Positions 7,775 to 16,241 are shown, counted from the first letter of the stretch. The stretch is DNA of 27,780 nt from Methanoregulaceae archaeon UBA288 (GCA_002495225.1 DAEF01000010.1:1-27780), one strand, 5' to 3'. The notes: generated from the sequence alone by a model not told the origin. Numbers and translations: made by a program.

Positions 7775-8212
7775 CTACGCCGGTGCCGGGTCGCGGCGCA
7801 TGGGCGAGACCCCGCAGCCCATCATCTCGCCGAAGCAGAACGCGAGCCGCTCGCGGATCGTCGGCGGCAGCCGTGCCTCGGGGACCGGCACCCAGCCGAA
7901 CGACCCGTAGAACCCGATCAGCGGGATGGTCGAGTGGAGCCAGAGCGTCTCCGAGCCGAACTCGTCGAGCACGACCTGGACGAGCCGGTGGGCGAGCCCC
8001 TCGCCCCGGTGGGTCTCCGAGACGAAGACGCCGTCGACCTCGAGCCCGTCGGGGTGGCGCCGGACGCGCGTGGTCCCGACGAGGCTCCCGTCCGAGAACG
8101 CCCCGAAGACACGGTCGATCGCCCGGTCGGTCTGCTGGCCCCGGTACTGCTCCCAGAGCCTGTCCACGTGCGAAAACTCCTCCTGCCCGAGTTCCCGAAT
8201 CGTGATCTCCAT
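7775..8212 (-). CDS. GNAT family N-acetyltransferase, paralog of the GNAT domain in 9597..10772
   Basis: LEVDGVFVSETHRGEGLA (motif A) and FYGSFGW. ATG 8212 is preceded by a TTTATC box at 8237-8242. Confidence 0.87.
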   Translation of the reverse strand: MEITIRELGQEEFSHVDRLWEQYRGQQTDRAIDRVFGAFSDGSLVGTTRVRRHPDGLEVDGVFVSETHRGEGLAHRLVQVVLDEFGSETLWLHSTIPLIGFYGSFGWVPVPEARLPPTIRERLAFCFGEMMGCGVSPMRRDPAPA

Positions 8213-8295
8213 GGCTGGATCGACGGCGGGGTGCGGGATAAAGCCGCCGGTCCACCGTGACAATCTTTTTTGCGGGGGCAGTCCGATATCCGCTC

Positions 8296-9600
8296 ATGTC
8301 TGTTGGGGAGTGGCGTCGATCCCCGATACGCCCGGCCATCGTGGCGGGGTCGGCCGTCCTGACCCTGCTCACCAACCTTGCCGGCCTTCTCGCAGGGGTC
8401 ACGGTCGTATTCCCGCACCTCCTCTACGTGCCGATCGCGCTGGCCTGCTACTGGTACCCCCGCCGCGGTATCGTGATCGCGATCGGCATCGCGGCCGCCT
8501 ACGCCGTCATGGCCCTCGCCTACACGCCCACCGAGTGGATCTCGGTCCTGGCCCGGGCAATCACCCTGGTCACGATCGGAGCCCTGATTGCGTACCTCTC
8601 ACGCCGGCTCGCGGCCGAGGAGGCACGCTACCGCGGGCTCTTCGACCACTCGGTCGCAGGGATTCTGGTCGTGGACGCCGACGGCGTGGTCCGGGACACG
8701 AACCCGCGGGCGGCCGCACTCACCGGCCGTGGAACGGGCGAGCTGGCGGGGACCCCCCTCGCGGCGATCTCGGACGACCCCGGGGCCGCGACAGAGTTCC
8801 TGTCGGCGGCCGCCCGCGGACCGGTCGAGCGCGCCGAGCTCGACCTGATCCACGCCGAGCGCCGCCCGGTCCACGCCCTGGCCTCGGGTGCCCCGCTCGG
8901 CAACGGCCTGACGCTCGTGACCCTCGCGGACGTCACCGAGGAGCGCATGGCCCGGGCGGCACTCGAGGCCGCGAACCAGACCATGTCGAGCGTCGCCATG
9001 ATCCTGGATCGCGACCTGACCGGGGACGTCGCGGCCCTGGACGCCATCCTTGAACGGGGCCGGGAGACGGTCGACGACCCCGAGACGCTCGCGCTCCTCC
9101 ATCGGATCGGCGAAGGGGTGGCGGCGGTCGCTCGCCGCATCGAGATCTCGCGCCAGTTCAGGGTGCTCGGGACCCGGCCGTCGGCCTGGCAACCGGTCCA
9201 GGCCGCGATCGAGGAGGCCGGGGCCCGCCTCGACCCGGGCCCGGTCGCGGTCCACCCCTGGACCGCGCGGCTCGAGATCTACGCTGACCCCGCCCTCCCC
9301 GTCGCACTCTATCACCTCCTGCACAACGCGACCCGTCCAGAGACCGGGGCGACGGCAGTCGTGATCACGTACCGGTACGGCCCCGGCGGCTGCCAGATCA
9401 TCGTCGAGGATAACGGCCACGGGATCCCCACTGGGGAGCGGGGGACCCTCTTCTTGCCGGCGGCCGGCCGGTACGGCCGCGGGCTCTATCTCGCCCGGGA
9501 GATCCTGGGGATCACCGGCATCGAGATCACCGAGGAGGGCACGGGTTCGGGGGCCAGGTTCGTGCTCTCCGTGCCGGCCGAGGGGTGCCGCGTCCCATGA
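8296..9600 (+). CDS. Membrane PAS-domain histidine-kinase-like protein lacking the H-box His (pseudo-kinase)
   Basis: About four N-terminal TM helices (FPHLLYVPIALACYWYPRRG), a PAS domain (YRGLFDHSVAGILVVDADG..TNPRAA), and HATPase boxes EIYADP, LLHNA, EDNGHGIP, GRGLYLAREIL, GARF. The H-box region reads ILDRDL. Confidence 0.85.
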   Translation: MSVGEWRRSPIRPAIVAGSAVLTLLTNLAGLLAGVTVVFPHLLYVPIALACYWYPRRGIVIAIGIAAAYAVMALAYTPTEWISVLARAITLVTIGALIAYLSRRLAAEEARYRGLFDHSVAGILVVDADGVVRDTNPRAAALTGRGTGELAGTPLAAISDDPGAATEFLSAAARGPVERAELDLIHAERRPVHALASGAPLGNGLTLVTLADVTEERMARAALEAANQTMSSVAMILDRDLTGDVAALDAILERGRETVDDPETLALLHRIGEGVAAVARRIEISRQFRVLGTRPSAWQPVQAAIEEAGARLDPGPVAVHPWTARLEIYADPALPVALYHLLHNATRPETGATAVVITYRYGPGGCQIIVEDNGHGIPTGERGTLFLPAAGRYGRGLYLAREILGITGIEITEEGTGSGARFVLSVPAEGCRVP

Positions 9601-10772
9601 CCTGGATGCGCGTGCTCGTCCCGACCGATCTCTCCGCCGAGAGCGAGCGCGCGGCCGACGCCTGCCTCGACCTCCCGGGCCGCCCGGTCCTGCTGCTGGT
9701 CCACGTCGGCGATCCATCCCCGGTACTCGAGGCCGAGGCCGACCGGCTCCGTGCTCTCGGTGCCACGGTCGAGGTCCGGACCGTCGCCCGCGGCGAGCGG
9801 ACGGTCGCGAACGCCCTCATCGATACGGCCAGGGACGAGACGGCAGACCTCGTCGTCATCGGGGCACGGGGGCGCGGGCGGGCCCTGGACCGGCTCCTGG
9901 GATCGGTCTCCGAGGCCGTGCTCCGGGGCGCGGAGATCGACGTGCTCCTTGTCCGCGGACGCTGCGGGAGCCCGCTCTTTGCCCGGGTGCTCGTGCCGAC
10001 CGACCTCTCGCCCCCCTCGGTCGAGGCCGCCGAACGACTCTCGGCCACGGGTGCGGTCGGCGAGGGGATACTGCTCCACGTCGGCCCCGATCCTGACGGA
10101 CTCGCGGCGATCGCGGCCGGTCTCGGCTGGCGGGCGCTGAACCGCACGGGCCCGGTCGTCGCCGGGGTGATCGGGACCGCGCTCGAGGAGGGGGCGACGG
10201 CGATCGCCCTCTGCCGCGTCGGCGGCGCGGACGCGGTCGCGGGCATCCCGCTCGGCCCCGTCGCGGAGGGCGTGGCGCTCGCGGCTCCCTGCCCGGTCCT
10301 GCTCGCGTACCCCCGCGCGTTCCTCACGCTCGCGGTCCGGGAGCTCGGTTCGGCCGAGTTCCCCCTCGCCGACGAGGTCTGGCGCGACTACCACGAGACC
10401 CGCGGGGACCCGGCCGTCGACCGGGTCTTCGCCCTCCTCGTGGACGACACCGTCGGCGCACTCGCCCGGTGCCGGCGTCACCAGGACGGCTACGAGGTCG
10501 ATGCCGTCTTCACGCCTCCCCCGCTCCGGGGCCGGGGATACGCCCGCCGGGTCGTGGCCGGCCTGGTCGAGGCCTGCCACAATGAGGACCTCTTCATGTA
10601 CGCGGTCGCGGGGCTCGAGCCGTTCTACGCCGCCTTCGGTTTCGTGCCGATCCCCGAGGCCGATCTCCCGCCGACGGTCCGCGAACGGTACACCTGGGCC
10701 GCCGGGGATATGGAAGCGGCCGAGGTCACGCCCATGCGCCGGCCCGCCGGCTGGTACGGGAGGAGCGGTTGA
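9597..10772 (+). CDS. Tandem universal stress protein domains fused to a C-terminal GNAT acetyltransferase
   Basis: Two VLVPTDLS starts; GARGRGRALDRLLGS matches the G-2x-G-9x-G(S/T) ATP motif in USP1. The GNAT domain begins at about 10329 (YEVDAVFT..LRGRGYA). ATGA overlap with the kinase stop. Confidence 0.88.
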   Translation: MTWMRVLVPTDLSAESERAADACLDLPGRPVLLLVHVGDPSPVLEAEADRLRALGATVEVRTVARGERTVANALIDTARDETADLVVIGARGRGRALDRLLGSVSEAVLRGAEIDVLLVRGRCGSPLFARVLVPTDLSPPSVEAAERLSATGAVGEGILLHVGPDPDGLAAIAAGLGWRALNRTGPVVAGVIGTALEEGATAIALCRVGGADAVAGIPLGPVAEGVALAAPCPVLLAYPRAFLTLAVRELGSAEFPLADEVWRDYHETRGDPAVDRVFALLVDDTVGALARCRRHQDGYEVDAVFTPPPLRGRGYARRVVAGLVEACHNEDLFMYAVAGLEPFYAAFGFVPIPEADLPPTVRERYTWAAGDMEAAEVTPMRRPAGWYGRSG

Positions 10773-10817
10773 CCGGACCCGCGGTCTCATCAGGTCGCGG
10801 GTCCAACGCCTGTGACG

Positions 10818-11561
10818 ATGGCCGACGTCAGCTACGTCCTCCCCGACACCCTCTCCGGCGAGCCCGCCGAGCGGGAGGCCTTCGCCCGCCGCTGCGGCTG
10901 CGACCTCGTGGAGGTCGCCCCCGGCGCCGCGCCGCCGCCGGCCATGCCCTGGGCGCTCAGGGCGGCCTCGACCGACGAGGACGGCCGGGACCGGCCGCGC
11001 TGGCACGACCGGGCCTGGACCGCCGCGTTCGTGGCCGCGGTCCTCGGGGCCGGCGATCCCGCCCTGGCCGCCGTCGTGATCGAGCCCGGGGACGAGTGGA
11101 GCCGGCCCGCCGACCTGGTCCGGGCGATCGCCGCGGTCCGCGACGGCCTCCACGCCCGGTTCGGCGGGGCCCCGGCCGTCCTGGTGGCCAACCGCGCCGG
11201 GCAGTCCCTTTCCGACGGCGCCACGCTCGCCGGGTTCTGGGACCACCTCTGCCGCCGCGCCCCGGCGCTCGCACCCCACGCCGGCATCGCCCTCGACACG
11301 CCCGAGTTCTACGCCGCGACGAGAACGCGCATGACGGCCGAGCTCGCGCTCGTCCCGCCCGACGCGCTCCGCTACGTCCGGCTCCACACGCGGGGGGGGA
11401 GGCCTGACCTCAACGACCCGCTTCCCTGGCGGGCCGTCTTCGGCCTGGTCCGCCGGGCATCCGGGCCGGTCCTGCTCGCGCCGGCCGTGAACGATTCCAC
11501 AGCGCTCGAGCCGGCCATCCTCTTCTGCATGGTCTCGCTCCAGGGTCGGGCCTTCACCTGA
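10818..11561 (+). CDS. Hypothetical protein, possible degenerate xylose-isomerase/AP-endonuclease-2-like TIM barrel
   Basis: Beta/alpha periodicity: GCDLVEV, VVIEPG, VLVANR, GIALDT, VRLH..P, IPW-like LPWRAVF. Typical coding-frame codon usage. GTG 10812 is an alternative start. Confidence 0.6.
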   Translation: MADVSYVLPDTLSGEPAEREAFARRCGCDLVEVAPGAAPPPAMPWALRAASTDEDGRDRPRWHDRAWTAAFVAAVLGAGDPALAAVVIEPGDEWSRPADLVRAIAAVRDGLHARFGGAPAVLVANRAGQSLSDGATLAGFWDHLCRRAPALAPHAGIALDTPEFYAATRTRMTAELALVPPDALRYVRLHTRGGRPDLNDPLPWRAVFGLVRRASGPVLLAPAVNDSTALEPAILFCMVSLQGRAFT

Positions 11562-11614
11562 ACGAGCCGCACCGTTTCGGATCCTTTTTCCCGGCCTGCG
11601 CAGAATCATCACGT

Positions 11615-14600
11615 ATGCTTCTGGACCCGCGGCAAACCGAGGCCGTGGAGACGGACGGCATCCAGCTGATCCAGGCCGGCCCGGGGTCGGGCAAGACCCG
11701 CGTCATCATCGAGAAGATCGCCCGCCTTCTCGAGGAAGGTGTCGATCCCGACGCGATCCTCGCGCTCACCTACTCGGAGAAGGCGGCGCAGGAGATGGTT
11801 GATCGATGCGCCGAACGGACCGGCAGGACCGGGATAGCAGTCCATACCTTCCACTCCTTCTGCCTCCAGGTCATCCGCGATCATGTCCTCGAGTCCGGCA
11901 TCGCCACGACCGCGGGGGTCATCTCGAAGCCGAACCAGCTCGCCTGGGGCCTCCGGAACATCGACGCCTTCGGGCTCACGACGATCGCCGTCGGCAACAA
12001 CGCGGCCGCCGTGATCGAGGCAGTCCTCGAGGGGATCAGCGCGTTCCGCGATGAGGCCATCGGGTCCGACGAGCTCGCCCGGTACCTCGAGGAGGCGCCC
12101 GACGACGAGCCCGCCGGGCGGCTCCGCGACCTCCTCGCGGTCTACCGTGCGTACGAGCAGTACAAGCGGGCCGAGCATCTGATCGACTACCCGGACATGG
12201 TCCACGAGGCCGTCCGGCTGCTCGAGCGGAAGCCGGGGATCCGCGACGAGTACCGCCGGCAGTACTCCCACGTCCTGGTCGACGAGTTCCAGGACACGAA
12301 CTGGGTCCAGCTCCGCCTGATCAAGCTTCTGGCCGGCGACCACCTCTGCGTCGTCGGCGACGACGACCAGACCATCTACCGGTTCCGCGGCGCGTACCTC
12401 ACCAACCTCGACGACGTCAAGCGGACCTGGCCGGACTGCCGCGAGACCCTCCTCGACCGCAACTACCGCTCCACCTCGACCATCCTCGCCCTCGCCCTTC
12501 GGCTTATGCAGTCCGCGCCGAACCGGACGCCGAAAGCGATCACGACCGCGAACCCCGGGGGCGAGCCCGTCGTCCTCGCCCGCTGCGCGAACGAGGAGGC
12601 CCAGGTCGCGTTCGTCCGCGACGAGATCGCCGCCCTGCTCGAGACCGGGTTCCTGCCCCGGCGGGAATCGGTACCGCGGCGGTTCCGCCACGGGGACATC
12701 GCGGTCCTCTGCCGAAAAAGGGAGCAGGGCATGGCTCTCGCGCAGGCCCTCGCCCAGCACAAAATCCCCTGCACCTATCGCGGTGAGGTCGACCTCTTCC
12801 GCCTCCCCGAGACGCGGGGCGTCCTGGCCTGGCTCCGGGCCGTAAACAACCCCTGTGCGGCCGGCGCCTCCCTGCACCGGCTCATGCGGGCCGCCGGGAT
12901 CCCCGAGCCCGCGGTCCAGCACCTGCATGCGGGGGCCCGGCGGTACGCGGACCCCGCCCTCGAGGACGACGGTGTCTGGGCGGCCATGCTCAGGGCGGCC
13001 GCCCTCGTGCCGAACGAGGCCCCGCTCGTTGCCGAACTCGTCGGAGCCCTCGGGCGGCTCATCGCGGAGAAGGAGACGACGCCCCTGCCCGCGCTCGTCC
13101 ACACGGTCCTCGTCCGCGGCGCCGGGCTGTACCGGCGCGCCCTCGGCAGGGGCGACACCCGGTCCGTGGCCGCGCTCAACGCCTTCTACCGGATCGCGGT
13201 CGAGTACGCCGCGGCCACGCGCGAGGCCGGGCTTTCGGACTTTCTCGAGCACCTCCAGGTCCTGGCCGGATTCCCGGTCGAGGTGGAGACCGGGTCGGGC
13301 GAGGACACTGTCCAGGTGATGACCGTGCACAAGTCCAAGGGGACCGAGTTCCCGGCCGTCTTCGTCGTCGACCTCTCGTCCGGGCACTTCCCGCTCAGTT
13401 ACCAGGAGAAGCGGTTCGCGGTCCCGGCCGAGCTCGCACGAAGCCTCCGGAGGGATGACGACGAGCGGGCCCTCTTTCTCCAGGAGGAGCGGCGGCTCCT
13501 CTACGTCGCGATGACCCGTGCCGAGGAGCGGCTGTACCTGACCCGGGTCGTGCGGCACGGGCGGAACCGGAACGAGACCAGGCCGTCGGTCTTTCTCCGG
13601 GAACTCGGGGTCGACGAGAACCCGCTGGTCCGGGCCGTCGAGGTGGACGCCCCCGTCGCCGCCGGCCCCGTCGCGGGCGAGCCCCGGGACACGCTCGAGG
13701 CGCTCCGCGAGGCCGGGATCGAACAACTCGCCCGCGCCGCGGCGGAATCCCGGCACACGGCCGCGTTCGCCCACCTGGTCGCGCTCGAGCGGCTCCGGAT
13801 CGCGGCCGGGGGCGGCAACGCGTCGGCCTTCGACCCGGCCTCGTTCCTGGCCGGCGCCTGGCCGATGGCGGAGGTCGCGCTCCCCAACTCCGCGCGCCGT
13901 CCCCCCGACATCCCGGAGGGGTTCGCCTTCTCCGCCTCGTCCCTCGGGTGCTACGCCGACTGTCCCCTGCGGTTCAAGTTCGAGCACCTGCACGGCGTCC
14001 CGGCTTCGCCGGGGACCCGGGCCGGCCTCGGCTCCTCGGTGCACGCGGCGATCGAGGCGCTCTCGAAGGACCTCCTCCGGGGGGTCGAGCGGGACCGAAA
14101 CGAGGCCGTCGCGGTCCTGGAGGGGTGCTGGCAGTCGTCGGCGTACGCCTCGGAGCGGCACGCGGCCGAGGACTGGCAGATGGCCGTTGCCCTCCTCGAC
14201 ACCTACCTTGCCTGGCAGGCTGCGAACCGGAACGAGATCGTCGACGTGGAACGGCGGTTCTCGTTTCCGTACGAAAACCGGCCGGTCCGGGGGTCGATCG
14301 ACCGCATCGAGCGGCGACCCGACGGCCGGCTGGTCGTGGTCGACTTCAAGACGGGCGCCCTCTGGTCCGCCCCCACGATCGGGACCGTGCAGACCGAGGT
14401 CCAGCTGAACCTCTACGCCCTCGCGGTCGCCGAGGAGTTCGGCGCGTTCCCGGCCGAGGCAGCGTACCTCTACCTGCGCGAGCCGCGCTATATCCCGTAT
14501 CGTCCGACCGGTCCGTCCATGGGGGCGTTCCTGGAACGTCTCACTGGACTCGTGAACGGCGTGCTCGCGGCCGAGTTCCCGGCCCGGCCGTCGCGTGCAT

Positions 14601-14650
14601 CGTGCCGCTCGTGCGCCTACCGCGAGCTCTGCGCGGACGAGACGGCGTAA
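11615..14650 (+). CDS. UvrD/PcrA-like SF1 helicase fused to a C-terminal PD-(D/E)XK (RecB/Cas4-like) nuclease with a 4-Cys Fe-S staple
   Basis: AGPGSGKT, VDEFQD, VGDDDQTIYRFRGA, NYRS, TVHKSKGTEF, ERRLLYVAMTRA. Nuclease motifs SASSL..Y..CP, GSIDRI, VDFKTG, QLNLY, CRSCAYRELC. Confidence 0.95.
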   Translation: MLLDPRQTEAVETDGIQLIQAGPGSGKTRVIIEKIARLLEEGVDPDAILALTYSEKAAQEMVDRCAERTGRTGIAVHTFHSFCLQVIRDHVLESGIATTAGVISKPNQLAWGLRNIDAFGLTTIAVGNNAAAVIEAVLEGISAFRDEAIGSDELARYLEEAPDDEPAGRLRDLLAVYRAYEQYKRAEHLIDYPDMVHEAVRLLERKPGIRDEYRRQYSHVLVDEFQDTNWVQLRLIKLLAGDHLCVVGDDDQTIYRFRGAYLTNLDDVKRTWPDCRETLLDRNYRSTSTILALALRLMQSAPNRTPKAITTANPGGEPVVLARCANEEAQVAFVRDEIAALLETGFLPRRESVPRRFRHGDIAVLCRKREQGMALAQALAQHKIPCTYRGEVDLFRLPETRGVLAWLRAVNNPCAAGASLHRLMRAAGIPEPAVQHLHAGARRYADPALEDDGVWAAMLRAAALVPNEAPLVAELVGALGRLIAEKETTPLPALVHTVLVRGAGLYRRALGRGDTRSVAALNAFYRIAVEYAAATREAGLSDFLEHLQVLAGFPVEVETGSGEDTVQVMTVHKSKGTEFPAVFVVDLSSGHFPLSYQEKRFAVPAELARSLRRDDDERALFLQEERRLLYVAMTRAEERLYLTRVVRHGRNRNETRPSVFLRELGVDENPLVRAVEVDAPVAAGPVAGEPRDTLEALREAGIEQLARAAAESRHTAAFAHLVALERLRIAAGGGNASAFDPASFLAGAWPMAEVALPNSARRPPDIPEGFAFSASSLGCYADCPLRFKFEHLHGVPASPGTRAGLGSSVHAAIEALSKDLLRGVERDRNEAVAVLEGCWQSSAYASERHAAEDWQMAVALLDTYLAWQAANRNEIVDVERRFSFPYENRPVRGSIDRIERRPDGRLVVVDFKTGALWSAPTIGTVQTEVQLNLYALAVAEEFGAFPAEAAYLYLREPRYIPYRPTGPSMGAFLERLTGLVNGVLAAEFPARPSRASCRSCAYRELCADETA

Positions 14651-14909
14651 CCGCCCCGCCCCGTCTCGTGGCCATGGGCCCGCGTCACCTCGAGCACGCG
14701 CGGAACACCCTGCCCGGGAGTGGTGCCGGTCGAGCCGGCGGATGGTCGATTTCGCGCCTGAGGCACTCGGCGCGACAGGCCAGGAGACCCCGGTCGACAG
14801 TCCGGTAAGAGCCGGCGCAGAGAGGCCCCGTCTCCCCCCTGGGAGCGACCGACGGGGTGGCGCACCCATAGCCGCGCTGAACATGAGAATGGTGTCGACA
14901 GCCAGGGGG

Positions 14910-15443
14910 TCACGGGCCGATGCCCGACGGCCCGGAACGTGATCCGTTCCTCGGTTTTAATCCTCCCGCACGCGACCGCGGCGTCCAGGAACGGACCGAG
15001 GTTCATGGCCTTCAGCACGGTCGAAAGGTCGTGGAGCACGACCGTGGCGGGTTCGACCCGGACGTCCTGGAGCCCGGCCCCGCGGAGGTGCCGGCCGAGC
15101 TTCCGGTCGGTCCACCCGTGGGGGAAGCCGGCGGCGCACTGGTCTGCGAGGCGGCGGACCACGTCCGGGTCGCTCGGGTCGAGGGCAAGGGTGCCCCAGT
15201 CGGGTTCGACCGCGAGCACATGCCCGCCCGGGCCGACCCGTTCGGCAAACGGCAGGCGTCGAACCCGAGCCCCGAGCCGGCGTCGAGCACGCGCATGCCC
15301 GGTGCGAGCCCGAGGGTCTCGAGGCTCCGGGCCTTCAATGCCTGCACCCAGGAGAGGTCGTTGACGTCCCGGAGGTAGGCGACCAGCTCGTCGGCCGAAC
15401 CCGAGCCGTCGACGTCACCGAACCCGCCGGAGATCTCCGTCAT
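14910..15443 (-). pseudogene. Class I SAM-dependent methyltransferase, frameshifted and internally deleted
   Basis: The N-half (VLDAGSGLGFDACR) is in the 15012..15542 frame and the C-half (AERVGPGGHVLAVEPDWGT) is in the 14617..15219 frame. A 1-nt loss lies at about 15246-15249. The core between the two PGGxV motifs is missing. The likely original TGA at 14910-14912 is out of frame. Confidence 0.8.
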
Positions 15444-15481
15444 CCCGTACCGGTCGTTTTCGGAGCGGGAAAAGGTTCGGC

Positions 15482-15808
15482 TCAGTCCCTGTCGGGGGCC
15501 GTCTTCCAGTGGAAGTACGGTGTCCCACCGACATGCCGGCACTCGATCCGTTTCTCGCCGCAGAACTGGGGGGCGAGGACGACAAGGTCTGCGATGAACC
15601 GGTCGAGGTGGAGCCGGCGGTCGAACTCGGGGCCGATCAGGGCGGCCTCGATCTCGTGAAGGGCGAAAGCCTCGTCCGGGTGGGCACGGAGGAACGCCTC
15701 GACCTGGTTCTGACCGGCCTCGCCGCGCTCGAACTCGTCGGATGTGATGGGCAGGGTGACCACTCCGGCATCCCTTGCCCCGGGGACGCCTTCATGGTTT
15801 CGGTTCAC
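15482..15808 (-). CDS. Small hypothetical protein, possibly winged-helix
   Basis: LPITSDEFE..., FLRAHPDEAFALHEIEAAL and a terminal beta hairpin (IECRHVGGTPYFHW). GTGA overlap with the upstream gene's stop. Confidence 0.65.
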   Translation of the reverse strand: MNRNHEGVPGARDAGVVTLPITSDEFERGEAGQNQVEAFLRAHPDEAFALHEIEAALIGPEFDRRLHLDRFIADLVVLAPQFCGEKRIECRHVGGTPYFHWKTAPDRD

Positions 15809-16188
15809 TCGTCCCAGCCGGCGGCAGGGTCACTGCCGGGTGGGACGAGCTGGCCCGCGAACTGCCGCTCGCCCGCGCCGATCACAACCATCACGGGCAG
15901 TGTACAGTTCTTCTGAGCCCCCTCTCCGGCGACGGTGCCGCCGGGCGGGGCGCGGGGAGTGCCGAGGTCGACGCGGTACCGCTCCTCCCCGATCCAGAGG
16001 ACGAGTCCCTGGGGGTCGGGGGTGAACCGTTCGATCATCAGCTCGACGACCAGGTGCGGCCCGCCCTCAGAGAGCTCGGACGGCTCCTCGGCAAACGCGA
16101 CCGAGGCATAACCCTCGAACGGCTTCCCGTCGACCTCGAGGTCGGCGATCATGCCCCCGGGGGTGAGCGTGAACGTCACGGGGATCAT
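15805..16188 (-). CDS. Hypothetical beta-rich protein
   Basis: Protein-like composition from ATG 16188 (MIPVTFTLTPGG...) and coupling to 15482..15808. No family recognised. Confidence 0.6.
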   Translation of the reverse strand: MIPVTFTLTPGGMIADLEVDGKPFEGYASVAFAEEPSELSEGGPHLVVELMIERFTPDPQGLVLWIGEERYRVDLGTPRAPPGGTVAGEGAQKNCTLPVMVVIGAGERQFAGQLVPPGSDPAAGWDE

Positions 16189-16241
16189 GAATAGAGGCTC
16201 GACACGGGCGGTGTTAAGGGTTGGGGGAGAAAAGCGGCCGG

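Noticed and set aside
6207-8212. Two GNATs share the start MEITIR (17 of 18 nt identical at 6207-6224 and 8195-8212)
   Set aside because: The M-x-I-R start is generic for GNAT strand 1, and the rest of the proteins belong to different subfamilies, so this is not evidence of recent duplication.
13920-14650. Cas4-like nuclease suggesting a CRISPR locus
   Set aside because: It is the fused C-terminal domain of a UvrD helicase. There are no other cas genes and no regularly spaced repeats in the window.
14651-14909. Possible small ORF (MVDFAPEALG..., within 14595..14942+) in the helicase-methyltransferase gap
   Set aside because: No ribosome-binding site, promoter or recognisable motif, and it overlaps the pseudogene end.
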